Counted from the first letter of the whole stretch, positions 10,689 to 23,870 are shown. The stretch is DNA of 63,528 nt, filler included, from Octopus bimaculoides (GCF_001194135.2; 8 parts of 7 records of this genome joined end to end with filler, not necessarily neighbours in it), one strand, 5' to 3'. Program-made: numbers and translations. Notes: generated from the letters alone by a model not told the origin.

Positions 10689-11631
10689 CAAGGGTCAACT
10701 GAAAAGTTCATAGACTGACCAAGAGACTCTAATGGAATGTGACCAAATGAGGTTTATTTTTCAACATAGTCCCTTTGCAGTCCACACACTTGCAGTGCTT
10801 GGATCCCATTGGTGAAGAAGCTTTCATTCTGTTGCTCAAAAATAGTAATCAACAGTAGACATGATGACATCATCCCTGTGATACTGGCTCCCAGTCAAGT
10901 AATTTTTCATGTTGGTGAACAGATGAGAGTTGTTTCCACTGCATGGATTGTCTCTTTGTCTTTGGCTCAAAGTAATGGACCCAACACTCATCCTGAGTTA
11001 AGAAATGTTCAGAGAAACCAATTGAATCTACCTCAAACAATGTCAGATTTTCCTGGGATATGATCAGCTTGGCGCACTTTTGATCAGGTGTCAGATTTGA
11101 CACCCACCAAGCAGAAACCTTCATTATGCCAAGTTCATTATGCAGAATATTCTCAGTTCTTTCATAGGATATGTTAATAGTATTGGCTATTTGATTTATT
11201 GTCGATCACCTGTCATCTATCATCATGTGGTAAACACAACCAATGTTTTCTTCAGTGGTGGCAGTTGCAGTATGTCCAGACCTTGGGTCACCTTCAAGAC
11301 TCTTTCCCGCTTAAATTCAGTTGTCTACTTTCACACTGTTGATAAAGCTGTTGTACCATCCCCTAATGTAGCAACCATATCAGCATGAATGTCATTTAGG
11401 ACTAAACCCTTTTTCTGCAGGTACTTGATAATTTCCTGATGCCAAATTTTGTTGATTTTCAAGAGAAGTTGCTACTAGTTACTTTTAAAGTGTTCTTTAA
11501 ATAGTCAGATATCAGTTTACCTGAAAAGAAACAATTATTAATAAGAATAGTTGAAATTAATGCATGCAAGATTTCACAGCTGTAGCATCACTCCTTCATA
11601 GTCAGCCTATAAACTTTTCAGCCTGCTCTTG
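10689..11631 (-). mobile_element. Internally deleted mariner (irritans-like)
   Basis: Imperfect 31-bp TIRs (10689-10719; 11601-11631) flanked by TA. Remnants read KYLQKKGL..DIHADMVATLGD and KVSAWWV..FLTQDECWVHYFEPKTKRQSMQWK, joined directly to the C-terminal region, so the central catalytic core is missing. Confidence 0.88.
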
Positions 11632-12282
11632 TACTTAGAATGTTCATTACATTAGAAGAGAGCAAATCTCATATTAAAGCAATTACTAGTCTGCTATTTG
11701 GAGAGACTTGACTAGTTTCTGAGAATATATTTATGCTCATAGATCATAAAAACATTTATTTTGGAGTTCAAAGAGACCTCCAGATGACGAGAACCCTTCA
11801 GAATCATCCTCATCTTAACAAAGCAGAGCCTTCATCTCTTGCTGCTGTTAAGATATGGCCTGCATCTTTCACTCAGCCTCCAGTTGAAATCAAACATCAC
11901 ATATGTCAAGATAGCATCATAAGATTTAACCTTTCCTGGATTTACAGAAGACCTATAGCTGTTCAGTCACATCTTGACAAGGTTTTCTTACATATCACTG
12001 TACTTGCATTATCCCTCAGGGGTCATTGGCTACAACCTCCACTCCCTATATAACTGTTTCTGCATTATTTTGGCTATTAAGTGAGCAAGTGTTATTATTT
12101 CTTCATAAGCATGTAAACATCTATTTAGGAGGATTAATGGTAGCAAAAAGAGAGCCTCTCATCTCTCTCTATGATGCAACAATCATGGTAGGGGCAGAGC
12201 TAGGTTTACTGCATTGTGGATTTTTATCCTTCTGTATTTAGGTAACTGTTGTGTAAGGTACTCATGTTAGCTAAAAATTATG

Positions 12283-12580
12283 GATATTAGTGAAAGGGAT
12301 ATAATGCTTGCCAGCAGATCAGCTTTTTTTGACACTGTGTTGGAAGTTTTTGACAGTACTGGTATCTGTGACCATTAAAGTTGTATTTTCTAAACACCCT
12401 ATATAGAAAATTCTCTTCAACCACCTTTGGCCTATATAGAGATGACTCCTTGGTCATATCTAAAGGTGCAAATGGACACACCCTAGATTGAATCAGAAAA
12501 GGTCTATACTCTCACTACCTTTGATCTTAGGATTATCATAGATACAAATCTGTCAATAGTTACCATTTTAGCTGAGTTAC
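12283..12580 (+). pseudogene. Naiad-like PLE reverse transcriptase remnant
   Basis: Frameshifted FDTV/GSF/DSTGICD/LYFLNTLYRKFSSTTFGLYRDDSLVISKGANGHTLD*IRK/LRIIIDTNLSIV matches the FDVTMGSxDGAE.C.L...GLYRDDGL...IT..TNL..V pattern. Confidence 0.8.
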
Positions 12581-12679
12581 AGTATTTTCCCGCTGCGACC
12601 CTTATTATTTAAAAACCTCATGCAAAATGTAACTAAGAGGATCTTCAAATCCTCCAGTAAGCATATTCTTTTATTCTTT

Positions 12680-13030
12680 TGCTTGTTTCAGTCATTTGAC
12701 TGTAGCCATGCTGAAGCACTACCTTTTAGTCAAAGAAATTGACCCCCTGTGCTTATTCTTTGTAAGCCTGGTACTTATTCTATCAGTCTCTTCTGTTAAA
12801 CTGCTAAGTATGGGGATGTAAACACACCTACATCGGTTGGTAAACAATGGTAGGGAAGCACAGACACATAAACATATCCGTATATTTGATGGACTTCTTT
12901 CAGTTCCCATTTACCAAAATCCACTCATAAGGCTTTGGTTGGCCTGAGGCTATAGTAGAAGACACTTGCCCAAAGTGTCATGCAGCAGGACTAAATCCAG
13001 AACCATGTGCATGGGAAACAAGCTTCTTAC
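12680..13030 (-). mobile_element. SINE family C copy
   Basis: Reverse-complement homology to 1-189 and to full-length copies. Confidence 0.75.
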
Positions 13031-13663
13031 CACACAGCTATGCCTGTGCCTTAATATGATTCTTAAAACAGCTAGTAATCACAGCTTCATTATAGTAAGA
13101 GGCCACTACCCCTTACTATAATGTGGCTGTGGCTGCTAGCAGTTTCAAGAAATAAATTCATTATATGCTTGACCCATGCCGACACAAAAAGCACTACCAT
13201 AAAGTCATTTGGTTCTCACACTTTTCTCTCTAAATGTTAAAATCTGTGTATGTAGGGCTATTCTTAGATTAACAGAAACATTTTATATTTGCACATAAAT
13301 ATAGAAAACTATTCATTAGTTTTCTATATTTCTTTTAGCTGCATAACAAATATGAAGCAGTCTTAGCTAATAGTTTCAGACATAACATAGAGGTAAACTA
13401 TTCATGCAGAGGTAGTAACACATGCCTGCTTAACAGCCAATATGCCAAGAGACCATTATGTATGAAGTGGAAGCCATACCCAGGTATTCCAGTGGGTTGA
13501 AGCTAGTGCAATGGAACAATTTCTATATTTTAAACATTCTTCTTTAAAAGTTTATTTTTATCAGGTTTGGTGGTGTTATGTATTTAACATTTTATTATTA
13601 CATTAACATTTAATTAATGATATATTGCAAGTAATATTTTATTTTTCCTTTTTTTTTTTGTAG

Positions 13664-13763
13664 AATTAAACTAAGAATTAAAACCAATAAAGAACAGTTT
13701 GAAGAAAAAGATAGCATGGAAGCTACTTTAAGAAAAAGCTACATTTCTACAAATTCAGAAAAG
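13664..13763 (+). CDS. Candidate 100-nt host exon (IKLRIKTNKEQFEEKDSMEATLRKSYISTNSEK); product unknown
   Basis: Long poly-T tract plus TAG acceptor, one open frame and an AAG|GT donor. The donor is weak and no homology was recognised. Confidence 0.35.
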
Positions 13764-15771
13764 GTTAAATGTTTTAGATTAATGATATTGCATTACTGAA
13801 AAATTATAATCAAAATTTTTATTACTAAATTTTAAATTTGCAGTGGATTGTTATTTCTTTTATATGAATTGCATATCCTACTTTTATTTATTGAATCATT
13901 GAGATTTTCATTGATGATACTTAAACAGCAGGCCTGAAATTTTGAAACTATGATTTAAAAAAAAATTTAATGCAAAAGTTTTATTATTGAATTAAAATAT
14001 ATTAGTAAATGAAATTCTAGTAAATCTCTTCCATAGATGGAAGTAATATGTTAATGCCATTTTTAACAGTTTTTATAACTCTTTTCAAATTATTTAAATT
14101 AAATAGAAAGCAGTTATGAGCAGGTCAGAATGTTCTTAATTGTATATACTAATAGAAGTTGCTATGCTAATTTCCTTAGCATTCTGAGAATGCATAACTA
14201 TAGTTGAGATTTCTTTACTATAGTAATATTGTTTCTAGACATTGTGATCTCTTGTAGACTTGGAACTGTACTAAGACTTGAAACTACATCCTTTTTAATT
14301 TATATTTGCTTAGAACATTTTGACTCTCTGCACTTCACATACTATATTACTACTCCTGCACCTTTTTCTTCATTCATTATTGTCACCGATCAAACTATTA
14401 TGCTGGTGCTTGCATTTTTGATCAGGTGTGAAGAGTTTGGAATTGACAGTTATGAGTAAAAAGTGGAAAAGTAAACAGGTTCTGTACATACCTGTGGCAA
14501 AGTTGACCTTGGCAAGATTTGAATTTAGAGTATAGAGATGATCATCCTATGTAAGTAGGCAACAGTGTATCTCATTTCTAAAAAGTGAAACCTCTCTAAC
14601 TCTGCTGACAGCCAACTTACTATTCACTCTTCAACATTTTAAAGGTAATGGAAACAATTGCTAGCAACAACCCTCAAAGACCACCACTATGTTTCCATAG
14701 ATCAGAATCTAATTAGAAACTGTCACTTTTAAAAACTTTTGTCATGTCATGTTATTGCTTTTGACATCAACAACTCGCTTAACCTTGTGTAGCATGAAAA
14801 CTTAGCAAAGTTATCCATCTATAGATGCCACCTATCTCTCTACTAGGGCCAGAAGCTTCCTCACTAACTCACATTATCATCTCTGGCATCCTCTGTATTG
14901 TTAGTATCCCCACACCCTTTCTTCTGCACATAGAAAATACTCCTATGGACTTCTGTCGATCCTTAACCTTCTATATCATCCATATAACCATACTATCTCA
15001 TACCATACCTTCAATACTTTAAGGAATTTCACTGAGAACATGATGACTTAGTCTTTTTCAATGGTACAAAGATATGTTTGCTACATACATCAAAGTGACT
15101 ATTTTGTTCCTCACTCCATTCAGTCATGATCAATCAAAACATAGCCAAAACTGCAACACAAAGACAAAAGTTTCAAGACATACATCAGCCCTGATCAGGT
15201 GCTAACATTCTGTGAAATTTAAAGTAGACCAACATTAGAGTGCTACTTATGTATATGAAATGTAACTGCTGCTACAAATGACCTTGGATACATCTAAAAG
15301 AAGGTTATTTCACTGGTTGGTAAAGATTCACTTATCAAGATGATGCTTAAACCACAAGCTCACATAAACCCTGTTTCCTCATCTTGCCTCTTCTACCACT
15401 ATCACAACAGTTACTTCTCTGAACAAGTTAGCTGCTTTCTCTCTCCTCTCATCCATCTCTCCACATTATTGCTGATATACTTTGTGATTATTATTAAGGT
15501 GATATATTGATAGGGCCATTAGAATATTGAACAAAATACCTTGAAATATTTCTTCTGATTCTTTACTTTCTGAGTTCAAATTACTCTAAGATCAATTCTG
15601 CCTCTTATCCTTTTGAGGCCTTATGAGCTCATGGATGTTATCTAACCATCTTGTTTGCAGTCTATCCCTGGGTCTCCTGCCAGTTCATTTTGCCCATAAA
15701 ACCTGTCCAATGATTCTTTCCTGGGACATTCTTACCACATGTGTTAGAGTCATTTTAATGAGTGACAGAGG

Positions 15772-16038
15772 GAGGAGGCTGAATTAAGTGCGAGAATTGC
15801 AGAAACTGGTTTAGTAATGCACCATTTTCAGCATTCAGTCATCAGAAGATGGGAGGTATGTGTAAAAGCTAAACTTGCTATTTTCAGTTCAGTGTTTATG
15901 CCTACCCTTATCTATGGTCATAAATTTTGGGTAATGATTGACATAATACGACTGTGAATACAAGTGGTAGAAATGGTGTTCCTCTGAAAGGTCTTTGAAG
16001 CAATGTTACTCATAGAGTTCATAAATCAAAGCAATAGA
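15772..16038 (+). pseudogene. RTE (Rex3/Expander-like) LINE C-terminal remnant
   Basis: EEAELSARIAETGLVMHHFQHSV...KAKLAIFSSVFMPTLIYGHKFWVM...IQVVEMVFL*KV. The two TGA stops fall where Arg is expected. Confidence 0.8.
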
Positions 16039-16959
16039 AACATAGAAGCATCAATAATATTAATATGCCAATTTGTTCTTTTTGTATGTTCCTGTCATGT
16101 GTATCACACTTACTTCAAAGAAGTGAGTGGCAAAGCGAGAGAGAGGAGGACAGAGAGGAAGTAAGCAAGAAAGAGAGAGAGAGAGAGTGAAAGAGACAGT
16201 AAGTGGTGACAGCTTTCTTTTTGTGTTTTTAAATGTTTCAGAGAGGAAGCAACAGAGAAAGAGAGTGAATGAGACAGTGAGTGGTGATGGCATTTGTTTT
16301 GTGTTTTTAAATGTTTATCACATTGCAAGAAAAGTAGATACATAGATAAATACACACATTGTTAAATTAAAAGCGGGAGAGAGGAGAGACACAGTGGAAG
16401 TGAGAGAGACAGTAAATACATAGATCCAAAGAAAAGTTGATATATAGACACAGCAAATATTGCACGTCACTTTCACTTTCCGTTACCATACAAGGATAAA
16501 ATTAACTTGCAAGTGGCTGAGTACTCTACAGACATGCATATCATTAACGTAGTTCTCAGGGAGATTCAGCCTCACACAGAATATGACAAGGCTACAACTC
16601 ACTTTGGCCAGCTGAGTGGACTGGAGCAAGATAAACCTTCAAGTGGTTGGAAGAAAACGAAAAAAGATCCTATATAGAGGCAGGAAAACTTTTTTAGTCA
16701 TTAGGGTCACTGTGGGTGTTAATCTGGTCCTAACAGCGGCATTTGTGGGTCTCAAAAATCTGGAGGCCAAGGCCCCAGAAAAATATTGATGTGCAGACTG
16801 TTGTTATCAAACTGAGCATGAGTTGAGGGCAAATATAAGACAGAATAGCAATTATTTCATTTTAGCTTTCTCTGCTTATATTAAACACATGATGTTTTTG
16901 CCTTACAATATGGAACATTTCCTTTTCTTTCATTCTTTTTTAAAAAATGGTACTCCATC

Positions 16960-17270
16960 GGTTACGATGACGAAGTTCCTGTTTATCTGATCTATGAACA
17001 ATCCACTCATAAAATTAACACGCAAGTGGCTGAGTACTCCACAGACATGCATACCATGAGGTAGTTCTCAGGGAGATTCAGTCTCACACAGAATGTGACA
17101 AGGCTGACCCCTTTGAATTACAGCTACAACTCATTTTTGCCAGCTGAGTGGACTGCAGCAAGGTGAAGTAGAGTACCTTGCTCAAAAACAGCACACCGCA
17201 GGGAATTGTACCCATGACTTTGCAATCGTAGATTGAACATCCCTAACCAATGAGCCACGTACCTTCACTC
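16960..17270 (-). mobile_element. Decayed SINE family A copy (second partial copy at about 16495-16640)
   Basis: GCAAGTGGCTGAGTACTCCACAGACA...GTGACAAGGCTGACCCCTTTGAATTACAG is the reverse complement of the family A body. Confidence 0.7.
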
Positions 17271-17799
17271 TCTTAACTGTAGAGAAAAGGAGCGACACAG
17301 ACAAAGAAAGGAAAGTCTCAGTCATGTACAATGACAATTAGACTGAAATACAATCAATCTTTTCTAGCTTCTTTGCTTTTAACAATAAAAAAGAGGGAAA
17401 GACATTTAGTAATGAATAAAGGGAAAGTCTTTCAGGTGTTTACGTTTTTATTCTAGGAGTTCTAGAATGATTGACTGTTAGTTCTCTTTTCTTTCCCTCA
17501 CCCCTGGTACCTATTCACCTTCTTTCATAGTTCTTCATGTCTTTTAGTTGGGTGGGGGGAATGACCAAGTTTTTTTTCAGGCATGTTTAATGTTTTCTCT
17601 ACAAAATACAAACAAGTCCCTCCACCCTTCCTTTTTTTTTCTTTGCATACAAAAATTAATGCAAATTTCGAACAGGTTATAGCTGTGAAAAGAGCCCAGA
17701 AAAATGGGTAACACCCCCTACAAAATGGGTGGGGGAGAAATGTTGCTAACAGGTGGCTACACAAAATTAAACTCTATACTTTAAAGAGTGTTTTCTACT

Positions 17800-18090
17800 A
17801 TAGCCTCGGGCCAACCAAACTGAAAGAAGCCTGTCATATATATATATTATATATTTTTTTATATATTTTTTTTTGTTGTGTCTGTGTTTGTCTCCCCACC
17901 ATCATTGTTTGACAACTGATGTTGGTGTGTTTGCATCCCTGTAACTTAGCTGTTCAGCAGAAGAGACTGATGAAATAAGCACTAGGCTTACAGAGAATAA
18001 GCGCAGGGGTTGATTTCTTCAACTAAAGGGCAGTGCTCCAGCATGGCCACAATCAAATGACTGAAATAAGCAAAAGAATAAAAGAATACC
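17800..18090 (+). mobile_element. SINE family C copy
   Basis: Homology to 1-189 with the same 3' tail. Confidence 0.75.
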
Positions 18091-18369
18091 AGAAGAAGGT
18101 TATGTACCACTAAACCAAGAATGTTCTTTGAATATGTACGACGTATTTTAAGGCTAAATAGTAATTCTATTTACGTTTGCATAACTGAGATATTTTGGTT
18201 GGATTATATAGTCATTGGTTTTACACATCTTTCTATATTCTATAACTCTCACGATATAGAAACATTTCTCATGGCATCAGCACACAATTTACCGATGCTT
18301 ACATTTTTTATGTTTTCTGTGAATTTTTCATGGGTCCAGCTAGTTATTGTTATTATCATTATCATATAT

Positions 18370-18595
18370 GGAAGGTGTCCTTGTTTGTCTCCTCTGTGTG
18401 TAGCCCCTTGTGGGCAGTAAAGAAATAGGTATTTTGCCCTTGCTACATTCTGAGTTCAAATTTCACCAAGGTTGACTTTGCCTTTCAACTTTTGAGATCA
18501 ATGAATTAAGTACCAGTGAAACACTGAAGTTGATGTAACTGACTAGTCCGCCCCACCCAAATTTCAGTCCTTGTGCCTTTAGTAGAAAGGATTGT
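18370..18595 (+). mobile_element. SINE family B-related copies (partial)
   Basis: TTCTGAGTTCAAATT..GTTGACTTTGCCTTTCA..AAGTACCAG, shared with 24263-24730 and 59142-59378. Confidence 0.65.
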
Positions 18596-18596
18596 T

Positions 18597-18898
18597 GTTA
18601 TTATTATTATTATTATGCTCAGTAGTTTTATTTTTATAATGTGCTTTCACTTCACTACCGAGCGCAGCTCTGTGTGCCTTGGGTATGTGCTGTGGTTTGC
18701 TGTGATGCTCTTATGGTTACTGTATTGAAAGTGTTTTGCGTAGGATGTGTGCAGTGCCCAGTAGTGCAATTTTCTGTATGTTATATATATTTGTAAGTCC
18801 TGGTGTTTTTGTTATGTATTTGTCTGAATATTTTTTTATTATACCTAAGGCACCTACTATGATAGGAATTGTTTCTGTTTTTAGATTCCACATTCAAG
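18597..18898 (-). mobile_element. 3' end of an R4/Dong-like RLE non-LTR retrotransposon with (TAA)n tail
   Basis: Uninterrupted MWNLKTETIPIIVGALGIIKKYSDKYITKTPGLTNIYNIQKIALLGTAHILRKTLSIQ* (stop 18717-18719), typical of the PIxxGALG...QKxALLGTAxILR C-terminus. The element is cut by an assembly gap. Confidence 0.85.
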
Positions 18899-18942
18899 NN
18901 NNNNNNNNNNNNNNNNNNNNNNNNNNNNNNNNNNNNNNNNNN

Positions 18943-18954
18943 TTAATTAATTAA
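18943..18954. other. Artificial six-frame-stop linker TTAATTAATTAA in 100-bp gaps (also 24981, 31790, 38455, 51332, 57764, 61623)
   Basis: The identical 12-mer recurs seven times, each flanked by N runs (44 N per side where counted). Confidence 0.95.
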
Positions 18955-19004
18955 NNNNNNNNNNNNNNNNNNNNNNNNNNNNNNNNNNNNNNNNNNNNTA
19001 TATA

Positions 19005-19170
19005 TATACGATAGGCTTCTTTCAGTTTCCGTCTACCAGATCCACTCACAAGGCTTTGGTCGGCTTGAGGCTATAGTAGAAGACACTTGTCTAAGATGCC
19101 ACACAGTGGGACTGAACCTGGAACCATGTGTATGGGAAGAGAGGCTCTTTCTGCGCCACCACTCCTGCGC
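19005..19170 (-). mobile_element. SINE family C 5' part
   Basis: GGCTTCTTTCAGTTTCCGTCTACC...CTGAACCTGGAACCATGTG is the reverse complement of the family C head. Confidence 0.75.
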
Positions 19171-19939
19171 CTGTAGAAACATAACTAATTTATTACTCAT
19201 AGATTTTAACAACGAAATCTTAAATGAACCCCCAAGGGCCAAATGGACTCTGGTTGAAAACCACTGATCTACATAGACACTCGATCTGCTAGAAAGAGTA
19301 GCCAAACTCTCTCGAATCCAATCCTACCGTTTTAAAAGCAAAAGCGAGTTGGATAATGTGGTACTGGGTTCTTTGGACATAGAAAAAACACGGGGTGGCC
19401 ACGGATGGTTTGCCTTTATTGTTGTCTAGTCTCGATCAGGATTGGCATGGGTTAAATGACAACAACGGCAACAACAACAACAACGCCACTAGTTTATCTC
19501 TGTAGCCTGACAAATAAAATAATGGCTATATAAATCTTGCACCTCTATTTCACCGTACTAAATCTTGAACTCTAATTTATATTCCGGTTTCAGATGGGAA
19601 TAAGAGAAGTCTGCATTAAATGAAATAAAGTTTCTGTTGTTGATTGATGATTGTCTACCAAACTGTTTTCTGTCAGACATTGCTGTAACCCCCATAATGT
19701 TTGTTACTACTGGAAGAAAACTACACCTTAAACAAACTAACGAACGATCTAACAAACAAACAAAAACAAAAATGAAAACTACACAATATTTAAACAATTA
19801 TCGTATTCTTTTAGACAAATAAAAACGAAGAAAAATGGTGTATTATTTCATTTAGATATATTAAATCTTTTCACTTTATATTCCAATCGTTTTCGCTCAA
19901 CAAGGAAATGAGGAAAATAGTGAATTGTTGCAGGTGGAT

Positions 19940-20222
19940 GTTGTTGGCACTCCGTCGCTTACGACGTCGAGGGTTCCAGTTGATACGATCAACGGAACAG
20001 CCTGCTCGTGAAATTAACGTGCAAGTGGCTGGGCACTCCACAGACACGTGTACCCTTAACGTAGTTCTCGGGGATATTCAGTGTGACAAGGCTGACCCTT
20101 TGAATTACAGGCACAACAGAAACAGGAAGTAAAAGAAAGTTGTGGTGGAAGAGTACAGCAGGGTTCGCCATCATCCCCTGCCGGAGCCTCGTGGGGCTTT
20201 AGGTGTTTTCGCTCAATAAACA
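19940..20222 (-). mobile_element. SINE family A copy truncated by a gap
   Basis: Reverse-complement match to 9843-10201 and 23337-23718. Confidence 0.85.
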
Positions 20223-20653
20223 NNNNNNNNNNNNNNNNNNNNNNNNNNNNNNNNNNNNNNNNNNNNNNNNNNNNNNNNNNNNNNNNNNNNNNNNNNNNNN
20301 NNNNNNNNNNNNNNNNNNNNNNNNNNNNNNNNNNNNNNNNNNNNNNNNNNNNNNNNNNNNNNNNNNNNNNNNNNNNNNNNNNNNNNNNNNNNNNNNNNNN
20401 NNNNNNNNNNNNNNNNNNNNNNNNNNNNNNNNNNNNNNNNNNNNNNNNNNNNNNNNNNNNNNNNNNNNNNNNNNNNNNNNNNNNNNNNNNNNNNNNNNNN
20501 NNNNNNNNNNNNNNNNNNNNNNNNNNNNNNNNNNNNNNNNNNNNNNNNNNNNNNNNNNNNNNNNNNNNNNNNNNNNNNNNNNNNNNNNNNNNNNNNNNNN
20601 NNNNNNNNNNNNNNNNNNNCATAAGCGACAAGTTAGGATTATATATATATATA

Positions 20654-21778
20654 TTGGGTTGGCAACTAAGTTCCCGCCGTTTTGTTTAATTTTAATTTTT
20701 TAAAAGGTTTAATAAAGAATAACAACGAATTACTCAATAATATATTCACCCTTGTTGTTTACAACTTCTTTCCAACGTTCAACAAGATTTTCAATACCTC
20801 GTTGATAGAAATCACCCAATTTCGACTCGAAAAATTGATCCAACCAAGCTCTCAATTCTGCATCATTATTGAACAAAACTCCGCGCATAGCATTTTAAAA
20901 GAGATCGAAAGAGGTGGAAATCTGTTGGTGCCAAATCAGGAGATTACGGCGGGTGTGGCAGCACTTCCCAGCCATGCATTTGAATGGCTTCCTTGGTCAT
21001 ATTGGCGATATGAGGCCGGGCGGTGTCGTGCAGCAGAAGAACTCCATGCTGAGGATAAGGTCTTTTCTCTTGAATAGCCGTGTTGAGTCGTTCCATCTCT
21101 TGAACATAGAGTTCCGCGTTGACCGTTTGGTTCCGTTCAAGCAATTCGTAATGGATAATCCCTTGCCAAGTCCTACCATACGCACAACATCGTTTTACGC
21201 GGATGAAGATCTTGTTCCAAGCGCGGTGTCGCTTGTTTACCGGGGCTAAGCCATTCCTTACGCTGCTTCATATTGATGTACAAGCACCATTTGTCATCGC
21301 CAGTAACGATTCGGTAAAAGAATCATTGGTTGTGTCTTTGAGTTGAGCGGTGACGAACAAGCAAACCAGCGGAGATGGTAGCTCGATGATTTTTGTTGTT
21401 ATCACTTAAAGCATGCGGAATCCATGCTCCATACTTCTGAACCTTTCCCATCGAGTGAATATGCTTCTCTATAGCAGTGTGGGAGCATTCCATTTTCTCT
21501 GCCAGTTCCCTTGTCGTTTGACGAGAATTTTCATGTAAAAGTTGGTTTAATCGCTCTTCATCGAACTCAACTGGGGAAGTAGTGATGAACAACAATTGAC
21601 TTACATTTTTTTTTCTTTAAATTTTATTCTCGATAAACCCAGGTTTATCCTAATCTTTATCTATAACTTATGAGCATAATATACTTGCATATGTATGCCC
21701 ATGGTTAAACATAGGTAATATACCAATAGTGTAATGGATACTTCTATCCTTTAGACGGTTATTTTAACCTCTAACCTA
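20654..21778 (-). mobile_element. Mariner transposon, mellifera-subfamily-like, defective
   Basis: Remnants read GKVQKYGAWIPHAL, YRIVTGDDKW, LHPRKTMLCVW, LLLHDTARPH, HPP*SPDLAPTDFHLFRSL (DD34D motifs). The left TIR begins TTGGGTTGGCAACTAAG after TA. The right TIR is diverged and the N-terminal HTH is partly deleted. Confidence 0.92.
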
Positions 21779-22343
21779 TATATATATATATATATANNNN
21801 NNNNNNNNNNNNNNNNNNNNNNNNNNNNNNNNNNNNNNNNNNNNNNNNNNNNNNNNNNNNNNNNNNNNNNNNNNNNNNNNNNNNNNNNNNNNNNNNNNNN
21901 NNNNNNNNNNNNNNNNNNNNNNNNNNNNNNNNNNNNNNNNNNNNNNNNNNNNNNNNNNNNNNNNNNNNNNNNNNNNNNNNNNNNNNNNNNNNNNNNNNNN
22001 NNNNNNNNNNNNNNNNNNNNNNNNNNNNNNNNNNNNNNNNNNNNNNNNNNNNNNNNNNNNNNNNNNNNNNNNNNNNNNNNNNNNNNNNNNNNNNNNNNNN
22101 NNNNNNNNNNNNNNNNNNNNNNNNNNNNNNNNNNNNNNNNNNNNNNNNNNNNNNNNNNNNNNNNNNNNNNNNNNNNNNNNNNNNNNNNNNNNNNNNNNNN
22201 NNNNNNNNNNNNNNNNNNNNNNNNNNNNNNNNNNNNNNNNNNNNNNNNNNNNNNNNNNNNNNNNNNNNNNNNNNNNNNNNNNNNNNNNNNNNNNNNNNNN
22301 NNNNNNNNNNNNNNNNNNNNNNNNNNNNNNNNNNNNNNNNNNN

Positions 22344-22400
<57 letters not shown>

Positions 22401-23336
22401 AATTTTCTTTTTTTTATATATAGTTTCCATTATTTATAGAAACGTATTCAGAATTAAACAACAATGGAGAACAACAGAAACCAATGTTTAGGAAACTTCT
22501 GGAATATTTCCTTAGTTTAATCTAGTGGCCCGGAAATTAAGTCTACTTCAAAGATAAGGATCTAATTGGCATTTTTTTTTCTTTGAATCTCATCGTACAG
22601 AAATAGAACATGCATATTCCTTTAGTCCGGTTTTTTTTTCTCTTTTGCATCACACATAATAATAATGGAATTAATTAATTAATTAAACTTTTGGCATTAG
22701 ACACACAGACGGACATAGAAAATCGTGATTGATATTTCGTTTTTTGTTCACACTATGAATCGTGCTTAACGCAAATAAATAAATAAAAAACAAAATAATA
22801 AATAATGAAATCATTAAAATATGCTCATTTTTCTCACCTATTTTTTTAATTTTAATTTTTGTTTTTCTTAATCTCTTGAACTCATAAGCTATATGAAACA
22901 AAATGCTTTGCCCAAGGATAAAATGTATGTTCCAAACCAGGAAAAGTGTCTTTTGCCCAACCACTAGGTCCTGCACATTGTAGTGAGGTAGATAAGTACA
23001 CAAGTTTTTCTTTATTTTTTCTCGAACCCTAGGACTTATAATACCAGTTACCCAAATTCCATAACGTATAAACAATTGAGATCATGACAGGACGCCGGTT
23101 CATTGCCGAGTTCAATGTAAGCAATTTTGGAGGGGAGGGGACATGTCTATCACAATAACCAGTACTTGACTGGTACGGAAGGCATGAAAATCAAAGTTGA
23201 CCTTGGCGGGGTTTGAACTCAGAACATAAAGAGCCCTTTCACACCTCATGTGACTGACCAGATTGTCAGATGGTGTTACATATCGCTGGTCACAATGCAC
23301 GTTTTAGCTTTCGATTGATGTTACCCTGCAGGCTGT

Positions 23337-23718
23337 GGAGGCGCAATGGCCTAATGGTTAGAGAAGCGGACTCGCGGTCATAGGATCGCGGTTTCGATTC
23401 CCAGACCGGGCGTTGTGAGTGTTTATTGAGCGAAAACACCTAAAGCTCCACGAGGCTCCGGCAGGGGATGGTGGCAAACCCTGCTGTACTCTTCCACCAC
23501 AACTTTCTCTCACACTTACTTCCTGTTTCTGTTGTGCCTGTAATTCAAAGGGTCAGCCTTGTCACACTGTGTTACGCTGAATATCCCCGAGAACTACGTT
23601 AAGGGTACACGTGTCTGTGGAGTGCTCAGCCACTTGCACGTTAATTTCATGAGCAGGCTGTTCCGTTGATTGGATCAACTGGAACCCTCGACGTCGTAAG
23701 CGACGGAGTGCCAACAAC
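23337..23718 (+). mobile_element. Full-length SINE family A
   Basis: tRNA-like head with A and B boxes, ending GGAGTGCCAACAAC. Confidence 0.9.
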
Positions 23719-23754
23719 CCTGCTTGGCCAACATTCCCCACTGCTCGAAAGAAA

Positions 23755-23870
23755 CAACGTGAAATGAAGTGTTTAACTTAAGAACACAATGCGTCGCCTG
23801 ATCAAGGAAACGAACCCACAATCTAGCGATCATGAGTGCGACGCCCTAAACACTAGGCTATGCGCCTTCT
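23755..23870 (-). mobile_element. SINE family D 5' part
   Basis: Homologous to 56680-57000(-), 25395-25515(-) and 33960-34060(+); tRNA-like head. Confidence 0.65.

Noticed and set aside
11733-12241. 106-aa ORF with faint resemblance to a hAT TTF zinc-finger region (RFNLSW..DKVF)
   Set aside because: Diagnostic Cys/Trp/His residues are missing and no TIRs were found.
13081-13140. 12-bp hairpin followed by CTAG (Helitron 3' signature)
   Set aside because: Not followed by T, no matching 5' TC end identified, and single occurrence.
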